Source: Stegostoma tigrinum
Lineage: Eukaryota
Assembly (NCBI RefSeq): GCF_030684315.1
Contig: NC_081387.1
Coordinates: forward strand, 5,684,497 to 5,748,496
Length of the DNA stretch: 64,000 nucleotides
Direction of reading: 5' to 3'
The notes beneath the pieces were generated by a model. The model saw only the letters and a program-made list of their open reading frames with translations, was not told the DNA's origin and did not search any database. Position numbers and translations under genes: made by a program. Every line of letters begins with the position of its first letter. Position 1 is the first letter of the stretch. Below, in pieces: positions 26,417 to 38,779 of the stretch.

Positions 26417-27800
26417 GATTGTATTGCACTGCACCAAAGTACATAGAGAGGATAGACACCTGTAACTTAAGGATAGCTTCATGGCAAAGCAATCATTTAA
26501 CTCAGACCAAACCTTCACACAGTCATCTGAGCTCATGCGACATAAGTGTGTGCACCCAGAGAAGAAACCGTTCAATTGTGAGATGTACAATAGAGGAAAA
26601 TGCATTTACATGCAAGCTGTGCAGCTAATTATTTCACAATCATCAACCCTACATGTAAATGTGCATATTCACATAGGAGAGATGCTGTTTTTCACATGTG
26701 AGATGTGTGACAAAGTCTTCACACAATTCTTGACCCTCCTGCAACATAAACGATCCATACCAGAGAGAAACTCTTTAAGTGTCAGGTTTGTGATAACAGT
26801 TTTGTGACATCATCAAATCTCTTGATGCATCAGAGAAATCACACAGGGGAGAAACCCTTCGGCTGTAAGATGGCTTTGCCCCCAATCTTCTGAAACACCA
26901 GATCATCTACATAGAAGGGAAGTGCTTTCACACAGTCGTTGAAGCTTATGCAACGTCACTACGTTCCTACCACGGAGAAACCATTCCCATGTGAGAGATG
27001 TAGCAAATCCGTCTCAAAATCATCAAACCTTCTGCTCCACAGAAGAGTAGTCCTTCAGATGTATACTTTTCAAAAAAAGATTTCTTGATCTCTTGGACTC
27101 ACTCAGGATTCATATGGAACAGCTGCTGTGATGGTTGTGAAAAAAGTACTACTGCCCACTCACCTGCAAAAGCAGACTCACACTGGCTTGAACCTATTTG
27201 GTTGTGTGGTGTGTGATAAGGCTTCACAAGTCCATGTGTTTCCTTGTCCATCAACACACTCACACAACAGTAAAAATATTTGGTGTTCTGATGAAAAAAG
27301 TTTTCCCACAGTTATCAGACCTTCCTGGAACATCAGTGAAGCCACACAGTGGACAAACCTTCCAGTGTAATGTGTACAAATATTGTTTCTCCTTCTTCCT
27401 CACCATACGCTGACATCACCACATGGTTTTGGAGACAGGTCTCCCGCTTCCATTGCACTGAGAGTTGTCTGCTCTTTTTACCTCAGTTGCGCAAATAGTG
27501 GGGGCTCTCATTCCAAAGCAGTGTGTCTCAGCAGCGTCTGTCTCAAATGCCCCCCACCATCAGTTCAATTGTTTGAAAAAGGTCATTTTAACCTGTGGTC
27601 AATTGCCAAACAAAGCAGTCAGAATGCACAGAATAGTTTGCATGTGTACAAATACTACAATGCCACTGGGGGAATTCCTCAGCCACAGAAAGTTGGTGAT
27701 TTCAGACTCTCGGGATTTTCCCTGCCGTGGATCAAGAAGGAAATTTCGCAATATTTCTGTGGTGCGATTTTTATCCTTTCTTGAAGATAGTTACGATGTT
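26417..27800 (+). pseudogene. ZNF-B: C2H2 zinc-finger pseudogene (paralogue of ZNF-A)
   Basis: Acceptor TTTTCCTGTTTTACAG|GAT; start colinear with the ZNF-A exon (DCIALHQST*RG*TP vs DCTILYKRMQKGQTP); broken fingers [49 protein letters not shown]; many stops and frameshifts; AATAAA at about 27955 and 27995. Confidence 0.85.
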
Positions 27801-28073
27801 CACATTTCTGAAGTTGGGTTGAGGAGAGGGAGTGTTTAATTTGTTTTCCTTCCAAATGCCTCTAAGTCTTTTTGATCTTTACATCCTTTGCTTGCTGTGA
27901 TCTGCCTGTACTGCTCGTAAACAAAGCTTTTCACTCTATTTTGGTACACATGACAATAAACCAATCAATGACTTAGGGCATGAGGTATGGATGCAATAAA
28001 AGTTCACCAGCTGTGAAAACATCCGCTGAATAGCATTGGGGCTGCAGACCTTACTGTCCCTGTTTGTTGCAAC

Positions 28074-28149
28074 TGTGTTTGGCTGTTATAGATAGGCACT
28101 GCAGATTGGGAGACATTGAGAGAGAAGATGACCTAGAGAATGGACGCTC
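28074..28149. repeat. 76-bp inverted duplicate of 29827-29902 (3 mismatches)
   Basis: Direct comparison of TGTGTTTGGCTGTTATAGA...GAATGGACGCTC with the reverse complement of 29827-29902. Confidence 0.9.
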
Positions 28150-29139
28150 ATCAATAGTGACTCTCCCATGGATTCTACCATCAGACACTGAACTGAATTG
28201 AATTGGATGATTTATTCTCACTTGAAGTAAACAAATAAATACAGCAAAGTCCATAATATGTTGCCATACTCCAGCAACATTTTGAATTAAGGAAGATTTT
28301 AAGATAAACCTAAAATATAACTAATGGCAGAGTTCTTCCTCCCTTCTTGTTGCTCTGCTCAGCAACAGTCTCACAGCAATGCGTCTGCATCATAGTCCAT
28401 TCAGGTATCCTGCTCTGGGGCCACCACTAGCCCCACCAGGAGCACCACACTGGGCCTACAACACGACCACCGATGCAACCGCTGCTCCCACTGATCTGCC
28501 AGGAGTATCAATTTGCATTGATGCAGCTGACTGATGGCAACCAGAGCTGCAACCTTTGCTGACTGCAGAGGCTGCCCTGTCATCAACTTTGTCTCAAGAA
28601 CTGGTGCCACTGCCACCGCTTTGACTCCTGCGCTGGGCCCACCAATGTCAAAGCTCTGGTGACATCTCTTGCATCTGGGCCCACACATGCTGCAGTTGCA
28701 AGCTCTCTGAGGGCTCAATCTCCTCCGTGCTGGACTTGCTGACCCCGAAGAGCCGACATCTGCAAATGCTTAGGAAGCCTGGCCTGCTCTCTCCCTGCTG
28801 AAAATGTCGAAAACGTTTCCAATGAGAAAAAAATGGGAGCAAAAGCAAAAGTAAAAGCAAGAAAAAAAAACAAGAAAGCAGACATTAGTGGACGAGTCCC
28901 AGGCCAGGAGCTCACATGCAGCTATCACACTGCCATCTTGGACTTACTGAGAGATAGTCTGGAGGGTATCAGCTGCCCCTGGGGTCTCATGGTTGAGGAG
29001 CTGTTCAAAATGTTCTTTATAGCATTAATGGATAGAATTGTCATCCTGAAGAACAGTAATATTATCTTGTAAACAAAGGGGATTTCGTTCATTCGGCTTT
29101 GATAGAGATGGCCCTGGTGACTTTTACATGTAATAATGA

Positions 29140-29700
29140 TCAATCAGATTTTCTATTCTCATCTTATGCCCTTTGTTGTCTGGATTCTTTAGACACAGCC
29201 TTAAACTGTTGAAATAGTGCCTCCTTTAGTTGTGACCTTGGGTTATTCTTGAGCTCTATTCACTGCAACTAACTTTGATTATGTCATTTCTGAGCATGCT
29301 TTCAATCTGTTTTTGAACCTATGCCAACTTTGGAGGGCTCCGACTATAAGGATTCTGCTTCATTAGGACAGCATTTCGTCATGCGTAGTCAGTTTAGTTC
29401 TTCCAAGTTTATTTCCACATATCTTTCTGTGTGGTTGTAATAACTCTTTCATTTGTTTTGATTTTCCTCAAAGTTCATCAATAATTTGTTGCAATTTTAG
29501 AGAACTTCTCCATTGTCCAATTTAAGGAAAGGAATGTCAAAATCAGAATGATCTGAATTTGGTTCTTCACTTTGAGTTGTAACAAGTGACACATTCTTCT
29601 TTTGCTTTCTTTCCCTATCCAAGTACCATTTGATCATATTCACATGACACACACTGTTAGCATTCCTTTTATCTAGCATTCTGATTAAATCTGGCACTCA
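29140..29700 (-). mobile_element. Gmr1-like Gypsy fragment (integrase C-terminus leading into RT)
   Basis: VCHVNMIKWY then KQNPY, the same order and motifs as the element at 33.2-39.4 kb. Confidence 0.7.
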
Positions 29701-30300
29701 TCGCAGATGACCTTGAATGTTGGACCATGACATCCTCCTCATCCTCTGACTTGTCCTGAGAGTGCACAATCCTCTTGAGGACCGTAAGCTCTGGTTCCTC
29801 AGCTGAAGTCCTCATCCTCCAGGATAGAGTGTCCATTCTCTAGGTCATCTTCTCTCTCAATGTCTCCCGATCTGCAGTGCCTGTCTATAACAGCCAAACA
29901 CATTCACTTTCAGCAGCAGATTCTGCTGCTGCTATATGTGGCTATGGCCCCACCCTTGTGGCCCATGTGTACATAAGTTGCAAATCACTTGCCAGGTTTT
30001 TCTTATGCAGCTACTAAAAACAGGGGTGGACGCAGTCAATTGCACCTTTAATGAGTTCAGTTGCCTGGGAATGGTCTCTTTCATAGTGATGGCCTGCAGT
30101 AGGCTGAGGGGTGCGGGGGGTGGGCGGTGGGGTTGGGGGGGGGGAGGGGGGTGGGCGGTGGGGTTGGGGGGGGGCGGGTGGCTGGTGGCAGTGGTGGTGA
30201 TTGTTCCAAAACCCCCACCCTGTCATCCTCCACATTATTGGAGACTAGTGGAGTGACAAATTGCATACCTAACATTAAGACATCACATTTCATGCAAGCT
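29700..30300 (-). mobile_element. Possible degraded PIF/Harbinger transposase 3' region with a G-rich tract
   Basis: MWRMT...PQPTAGHHYERDHSQATELIKGAID.VHPCF resembles the Harbinger WLMTP...YN..H...R..IE...G.LK.RF motif, followed by an acidic tail. Confidence 0.4.
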
Positions 30301-31399
30301 TAGGGGCAGCGCATCTGATTTACAACAGCTGTTTGTCTCAGCAATGCTCAGCCCATCACACTCTCTAGAATGTATTTAAGCAATAACAATATCTTGCAGT
30401 TGTATAGTGCCTTTTAGGAAATAGGTACTTCAGAGGAATAATTAACAAATGCAATTTAAGACCAAATCATTTAAGCAGCTACTAGGTGATGACCAGGAAA
30501 CCATTGTCAATTAATGTGTCTGAGCAATTAACAATGGGCAATAAATGCTGGCCTACCCGGTAATACCCTCATCCCCTGAATAAATTTTCAAAAATGGTCA
30601 GATGACTGCAAGCTCAGTCAAAGAAGTGGTTTTGGGTACCTTAACGGAAGACAGAAAGAGATAGAGATGTTCAGGGAGGGCATTCCATACTTTTGGGTCC
30701 AACGAGTTGGGGAGACATACATTATTGGTGTCAGGATTAAAACTGAGGCAATTTGAAGAAGCCAGATTGGAAGAGTGCAGAGTTCCTGAAGGGTTGTGGG
30801 CTTGAGGATATGACAGAGATAGGAAGAATTGAAATCACGGAGGGCTTTTAAAATATGTATGAGAATTTGCAAAAATTATTTAACTGGGAACTATCACGGG
30901 CCAGTGACCGAAGTGGAGTGGGGGAAATGAGATGTTCACTAATGAAGTGATATTTGTCACTAAGCATGAGTTTGAAAACATATTAAACACATAATACTCA
31001 AACAGCATTATGAAATATTCCTTGGTAAAGGGAGACACCCTTCCTCCAGTCACTTCCTCTCTGCAGAAATTTATCCAAGAATTTAATTGTTATTAAAGAT
31101 TACATAAAGCTGGATTAAATTTTTTATTGTTAAGCGATTATTTGCTGATTAAATTTTGTACAGTTTTAAAACCAATTGCTTGATAAAGTACAGTTAACTA
31201 ATAGAAGATGGAAACATTTATTCAAACTTTACAGAAATCAAATTATCTTCAAACACTTTTGAATAGAATTCAAGCCTTTGATTACCATGAAATTTACATT
31301 CCATGCCAGAGCAATAGTACTTTCAGAACAAAATGTTAAACAGTTTCTTTATATTACAACTGTAAAATTCAACAAAAGGATATAATTGCCAGGAATTAC

Positions 31400-33150
31400 A
31401 TAATGTCCAATAATTGAGCACATTTATAATCTGCTATTTGGTTAATACCACACACAAATGCCAAGCTGTGACCATCACGAACAAGGCACAATCTAACCAC
31501 TGCCCCTTGACATTCAATGGTGTTACCATCACTGAATCCCCCACTATCAATATCCTCAGGGTTACCATTGACCTGAAACTCAACTGGATTCACCACATTA
31601 ACAGAGTGACTACAACAGCAGGTCAAAAACTAGGAATACTGCGGTGAATAACTTACCTCTTGACTCTTCAAAGTCTGTTCACTATCTATAAGGCACAAGT
31701 CAGGACTGTGATGGGATACTCCCCACTTGCCTGGATGAGTGTAGCCCCAACAACACCAAGAAGCTTGACACCAGCATGGACAAAGCAATACACTTGATTG
31801 GCACATCCACAAGCATCCACTCCCTCCACCACCAATGCTCACTAGTAGCAGTGTGTACTATCTGCAAGATGCACTGCAGAAATTCACCAAAGATCCTCAG
31901 ACAGCACCTTCCAAACCCGCAACCAGAAGAACAAGTGAAACAGATATATGGGAACACCACCACCTTCAAGTTCCCCTCCAAGCCACTCAGAATCCTGACT
32001 TTGAAATGTATTGCCTTTCCTTCACTGTTACTGGGTCAAAATGCTGGAATTCCCTCCCTATAATAGTATCGTGGGTCAACCCACAGCAGGTGGACTGCAG
32101 TGGTTCAAGAAGGCAGTTCATCACAAAATTTCTACCCCACTGACCTGATTTTGTAAGTATCGTATTTATATGTCTGACCCTGAGGTAACCCTCAGAACAT
32201 TGATCGTGGGGGATTCAGAATGGGAAGGCCACTGAATAACAAGAGATGATAGTTGGATTCTCTTCTGGAGATCGTCATCGTCTAGCACTTGTGTCAGCTG
32301 AATGTTACTTGCTGCTTAACAGCAGATGTTGGGATCATGTCCAGGTCTTGCTGCATTCAGTGTATGAAAAGTCTTGAATTTTGTTGAATATTGTGCAATC
32401 ATCAGCAAATATCCCTACCTCTGACCTTATATTTGATGCAAGATCATAGCTGGAGATGTTTGGGCCAAGTACAATAACCTGAGGAACGCATACAGTGATG
32501 TCGTCTGGATATGCTGAGTGAACGTTAACAATTATAATTATCATTTATTGCACTAGATATGTCTCCAATCAGTGAGGAGTTTTCCCTGATTCCTGTTGAC
32601 TAGTTTTACTAGGGATCATTGAGGTTACACTTGGTCAGGTAAAACATTGAAATCATTGGCAGTCATCCTTACTTTTCCTCTTGAATTTTCTTTTGTCCAT
32701 TTAGTACTAAGGCTGTAATGATCTTAGGGGGTGAGTGGGCCTAGTGCAACCCAAACTGAGCATCAGTGATCAGGTTATTGTGGAGTAAGTTCCACTTGAT
32801 GGCGCTGTCAATGACACATTTTATAGATTTGCTAATGATTGAGAGTAGACTGATAGGGTGGTAACAGGACAGACTGGATTTTTTTGTACAGGATATACCT
32901 GGACAATTTTCTGTATTCTTGGGTAGACACCAATGTTGTAGCTGTACTGGATCAGTTTGGCTAGGTGCATGGCTAGTTCTGGAGCATAAGTCTTTGTTAC
33001 CGTTGCTGCAATATTGTTTGGGGCATATAACCTTGATGATATCTAGTGCAACATCTGTTAGTTTGTATCATGTAGAGTGAATTGAATTGGTTGAAGACAG
33101 ATATCTGAAATGGGGGACCTAACGAAGAGGCTGGGATCATCCATTTGTCA
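31400..33150. mobile_element. Two CR1-group LINE fragments, tail-to-tail (+ about 31400-32130; - about 32140-33150)
   Basis: ESPTINILRVTID.KLNW on +; VPQVIVLGP...IFADDC on -. Confidence 0.7.
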
Positions 33151-34169
33151 TGAAATAAAAACAGGATATTTTTAATGATGAGATTCTTCAAATGATTGTA
33201 CAGCTATAGAATTAGAAGAAACAGAATGTGAAATTGGAATGTCACCACTGGAATTAGACAAAACATTGTTAAAAGTGAAAAGGCTTGAAATTGCAGAAAT
33301 GAAAAAGGGTTTAATGAGAAGAGGGGTGAGAGAAAAAGAGGAAAATAGTTTTCAGAACATATGAAATGGCATTCAAAGATCTGTACTCCTAGGAGATAGG
33401 AGATAAGAGAACATGCGAGAACTATCCTATAGCTCATAACAAAACAAAATGAGAAGAGATGGAAAAGGTACTAGTTCTACAGAACAGGCAGAGTGGCATC
33501 ACATTAACAAAGAAGAAAGGCCTGAATTGAGAAGTGATGTAAAAAGTCAATATGCATTCATTGTAATAAAATTGGATGTACGAAAGCTGAGAGCTGCAAG
33601 TTCAAAGGGAGATTGATTGCAGGAGTTAGAATATCCAAGGAACCTTCAGACAAGGTGGCCTTAGGAAAAGAAATAGGTTTTAAAAGTGTAGCTGCGGTCC
33701 AGTGGGAACATGCAAGGGTTTCTCGTAAAACGTTCCTGCTTTTCAGACCTGCTCCTCCTGTTGTCTGACATGCTGTGCTTTTCCAGCTTCACATCTATGG
33801 ACTGAAAGATGGCTCAGGACAGTCATAAAAATTATTTTTTGGACATTGGCAAGGTGAGTAAGTTCATTTTATCTCGAAAGGTGTTTCAAATCAAGTAGCT
33901 AAACTAGTATAGACACTGAGAGATGCTGGAGCAAGTCAGTTATTGATGCTGGCTGAAGATAGTATTTGTCTAATCCAGTTAGGTTAATAAAGGAGAAATA
34001 TTAATTGGAGGAATGCATGGATGTTACAAACTGGTCTAATTATACAGTATAGAATTAACGAGTGGCTTGGTAAGTGGTAAAGTTGTGTGAAACAAATTCC
34101 AATAGAAGGTATTGGTTTATATTAACAATTGATGTGGCAGGTTCAAGAATATTGGCTTCACCAAGAATT

Positions 34170-34472
34170 ATAGAATCTGTACAGTGTGGAAAGGCCCTTC
34201 CACACAACAAGTACACACCGACTCTTGGCGCATCCCACCCAGACCCATTCCCCCTTTTAACCCACACATCCCTGAACGCTATGGGCAATTTAGCATGGTC
34301 AATCCACCTAAGCTGCACATCTTTGAAGTGTGGGAGGAAACCGGAGCAAACCCATGCAGACACAGGTAGAATGTGCAAACTCCACACAGAGAGTTGCCTG
34401 AGGGTGGAACTGAACCCAGGTCCCTGGTGCTGTGAGGCAGCAATGCTAATGACTGAGCCACCGTGCTGCCCC
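34170..34472 (-). mobile_element. HE1-type V-SINE
   Basis: GGGCAGCACGGTGGCTCAGT head and V-domain TCCGGTTTCCTCCCACACTTCAAAGATGTGCAG. Confidence 0.88.
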
Positions 34473-35449
34473 AGGAGCAGGGAAAGATGTGGTGAGACAA
34501 CCAATGGAGGAAAAAAGATATATTATTACAATGGGAACATTGTTTTCCGACCGTTCTGACTAGGGAAAAACAGAAAAAGAATCCAGGAAACAAGTGGTGA
34601 TATTGAAAGTTAGTTATCAGATGCCACATTTGGAAAATGTAATGAAAATGGGTGAGGGTAAAGAGAATGAGGCTGATACATTTGGCCCATTTTCCCTGAT
34701 AGAAATGAAAGAAGCAGATTCTGAATTAAAAGTGTAAGATGAAACAGACCACATCGAAACTAACCTATACATTATTTCTTGAAAATCAATGTCAGATAGT
34801 GATGAAACCCCACTCCTTAATTAAACCTGCACCTTCCAATAACCGATTTTGAAGAACCATTCATCAGAATTTGGTTGGTCCTCTATGGAAATGTGTCGGA
34901 TCACTTCTTAAAAATCACTTCTTAAAACTGGCATAAAGAACAATTTAAATCTCCTGCTTATCACCCACAATTCAAGGTGCATTGGGAAAATGACATCAAA
35001 CTTCAAAGCCCATGATTAGAGATTATTGCCATAATATCCTGATGGGTGGAATAAAGGAATTATTTTATTATTATTTCCTATTTGGGATGCTTCTAATGAG
35101 TCCAGAGGACTTAGTCCTTTTGAAATATAATATTGACACGAGGTGAGAAGTTTAAATCACATTAACTCAATTAATTACATTGATGTTGATAAACAAAGGC
35201 CAGAAATTATGCTTCCAATCTGTGCTTTGAACGTCCAAGGAAAACCTCTCCAACACAGGTGAGTTGGTAAAAAAAAGCTAAAGGAGGCTTAATGAACAAT
35301 GAAAATCTCAAACAACGCAAAAAACTGAAGATCAAAATTGTGTTGCAGCAGATAATGAGTTAGCATTGTCGCCAGTATCTGTGGACTATTAAAAATTAGG
35401 TTCACTGGACCCTATCAAAACAATAAAAAACTGAATTCAGCAATTACAA

Positions 35450-35586
35450 GTGATAATGGGAACTGCAGATGCTGGAGAATTCCAAGATAATAAAATGTGA
35501 GGCTGGATGAACACAGCAGGCCAAGCAGCATCTCAGGAGCACTTTGCTTGGCCTGCTGTGTTCATCCAGCCTCACATTTTATTATC
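35450..35586. mobile_element. 137-bp PLE-derived foldback insertion with a perfect 42-bp inverted repeat and 11-13-bp TSD
   Basis: 35486-35527 is the exact reverse complement of 35545-35586; (TC)AGCAATTACAA is duplicated at 35437-35449 and 35585-35597. Confidence 0.9.
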
Positions 35587-35635
35587 AGCAATTACAAAAT
35601 AGGTCATCCAGATAGGCCATAGGATATATGTTTGT

Positions 35636-38600
35636 TATAACACGGTGTGAAGCTGAATGAACAAAGCAGGCCAAGCAGCATCAGAGGAGCAAGACAGTTT
35701 GATGTTTCGGGTTGGGATCCTTCTTCAGAAATGGGGGAGGGGAAGGGGATTCTAAGATAAATAGGGAGACGGGGGAGGCGGATAGAAGATGGATAGAGGA
35801 GAAGATAGGTTGAGAGGAGACAGACAGGTCAAAGAGGCGGGGTTAGAGCCTGTGAAGGTGAATGTAGGTGGGGAGTTAGAGAGGGATAGGTCAGTCCAGG
35901 GAGGATGGACACGTCAAGGGGTTGGGATGAGATTAATGGGTAGGAGATAGGGGTGGGGCTTGAAGTAGGAGGAATGGTTAGGGAGTTGGGGACTAGCTGG
36001 GCTGGTTTGGGGATGTGATTGGGAGAGGGCGGATTTTGAAGCTTGTGAAGTCCACATTGATACCCTTGGGCTACAGGGTTCCCGAGCAAAATATGAGATG
36101 CTGTACCTGCATCTTTCAGGTGGTGTCATTGTGGCAATGCAGGAGGCCCAGGATGGACATGTTGTCCGAGGAGTCGGGGGTGGGGGGGGGGGGGGTGGGG
36201 CGCGGTGGTTGGGGGGAGTTGAAATGGTTCACGACTGGGAGGTGTAGTTGTTTGTTGCAAACTGAGTGTAGGTGTTCCACAAAGCCGTCCCCAAGTCTCG
36301 GTTTGGTTTCCCCGATGTAGAAGAGGCCACAACGGGACCAGCAGATACAGTATATTGCATTTGCAGATGTGCAGGTGAACATCTGTTTGATGTGAAAAGT
36401 CTTCTTAGGGCCTGGGATGGGGGTGAGAGGGGCAGTATTGGGGCAGGTGTAGCATTTGGTTCGGTTGCAGGGAAAAGTGCCGGGGGAGTGGCGCTGGAGG
36501 GAAGTGTGGAGCAGCAAGGGAATCACGGAGAGAGTGGTCCCTCCTGAAAGCAGACAAGGGTGGGGAGGGAAAAATGACTTTGGTGGGGCCAGATTGCAGA
36601 TGGCGGAAATATCGGAGGATGATGCGTGGGATTAGGAGATTGGTGGGGTGGTATGTGAGGACGAGGGGGATTTTATTTTGGTTATTATTGCAGATAGTGG
36701 GTGTGAGGGATGAGCTGCGGGAAATGCAGGAGACACGGTCGAGGGCATTTTTTGATCACTGTGGAGGGGAAGGTGTGGTTCTTGAAAAAAGAGGACATCT
36801 GGGATGTTCAAGAGTGGAATGCCTCACCTCGGGAGCAGATGTGGTGGAGGTGAAGGAATTCGGAATAGGGGATGGCCTTTTTACATGAGGGTGGGTGAGA
36901 GGAGGAATATTCTAGGTAGTTGTGGGAGTTGGTAGGCTTAAAATGGATATCAGTTTCCAGGTGGATGCCAAAGATGGAGACAGAGTGGTCCAGGAAGGAG
37001 AGAGAGGTGTCAGTGATGGTTCAGGTAAACTTAAGGTTGGGGTGGAAGGTGTCAGTGAAGTGGTTGAACTGTTCGAGCTCCTATTTGGAACATGAGGCGG
37101 CGCCGAAACAGTCATCAGTGTGACGGAGGAAGAGATGGGGGAGAGGGCCAGTGTAGCTTTGGAAGAGGGATTGTTCCATGTACCCTACAAAGAGGCAGGC
37201 ATAGCTTGGGCCCATGTGAGTACCCATGGCCTCCCCCTTTGTCTGTAGGAAGTGGGAGGAATTGACAGAGAAGTTATTGAGGGTGAGGACAAATTCGGCT
37301 AAGCCGATGAGGGTGTTGGTGGAGAGGGACTGGTTGGGCCTGCGGGACAGGAAGAAACAGAGGGCCTTTAGGCCCTCTGTATGGGGAATGCAGGTTTATA
37401 GGGACCGGACGTCCATAGTAAAAATGAGGTGTTGGGGACCGGGAAATTGGAAGTTCTGGAGGAGGTGGAGGTGTGGGTGGTGTCATGGACGTATGTAGGG
37501 AATTCCTGGACCAAGAGGGAGACAATGGAATCCAGATAGGTGGAGATAAGTTCGATGGGGCAGGAGCAGGTGGAGACATTGGGTCAACGAGGGCAGTCAG
37601 GTTTGTGGATTTTGGGAAGGAGATAGAAGCAGGCAATGCGAGGTTGGGGAACGGTGAGGTTGGAGGCTTTGGGTGGGAGGTCACCTGAGGTGATGAGGTT
37701 GTGGATGATTTGGGAGATGATGGTTTGGTGCTCGGGGGTAGGATCATGATCCAGGGGGCAGTAGGAGGAGGTGTCAGAGAGTTGGCGCCTGGCCTTAGCA
37801 ATGTAGAGGTCAGTGCGCCATACTACGACTGCACCTCCCTTGTCCGCGGGTTTTATGGTGAGGTTGGGATTGGAGCTGGGTGCTGCATGTTCTGTGGGGA
37901 ATAGTTTGAGTCGGTGAGGGGGTGGAGAGGTTGAGGCGATCGATGACAATTAGAGAAGAAGAGGTTGAGGGAGGGTAGGAGGCCTTGGGGTGGAGCCCAG
38001 GATTGATGTCTTCAATGGGTGGAGCAAAGTCAGCGAGGGGAGGAGCAATATTGGCAATGGGCAGAACAATGTTGGTGATGGGCAGAGTGACATTGTTGGA
38101 GGGTGGAGCGACGTTATGGCCTCCTCTACATTGGAGAAACCAAATGGAGGCTTGGGGACTGCTTTGTGGAACACCTACACTCAGTTCACAACAAACAACT
38201 GCACCTCCCAGTTGCGAACTATTTCAACTCCCCCGTCCACTCCTCAGACGACATGTCCATCCTGCATTGCCATGTGGACGCCACTCGAAAGGTGCAGGAA
38301 CAGCATTTCATATTTCGCTTGGGAACTCTGCAACCCAAGGGTATCAATGTGGACTTCACAAGCTTCAAAATCTCCCCTCCCCTGATCACATCCTAAAACC
38401 AGCCCAGCTAGTCATCGCCTCCCTAACCATTCCTCCCACCTCAAGTCTCACCCCTATCTCCTACCCATTGACCTCATCCCACCTCCTTGAACTGTCTGTC
38501 CTCTCTGGGCTGACCTATGCCCATCCTAACTCCCCATCTACATTCACCTTCACTGGCTCTAACCCCGCCTCTTTGACCTGTCTGTCTCCGCTCACCCTCT

Positions 38601-38779
38601 CTTCTCCTCTATCCATCTTCTATCCACCTCCCCCTGTCTCCCTATTTATTTCAAAATCCCCTTCCCCTCCCGAAATGTCAAACTGTCCTGCTCCTCTGAT
38701 GCTGCTTCACCTGCTGTGTTCATCCAGCTTCACACCGTGTTATCTCAGATTCTCCAGCATCGGCAGTTTCTCCTATCTT
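35636..38779 (-). mobile_element. Penelope-like element, inverted two-arm structure, 14-bp TSD
   Basis: Minus arm has RT (IKPADKGGAVVVW, FYLLPKIHKP) and GIY-YIG (IYCICWSRCGLFYIGETK); the plus arm at about 38110-38779 repeats the GIY-YIG/3' end; GGATATATGTTTGT at 35622-35635 and 38780-38793. Confidence 0.92.
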
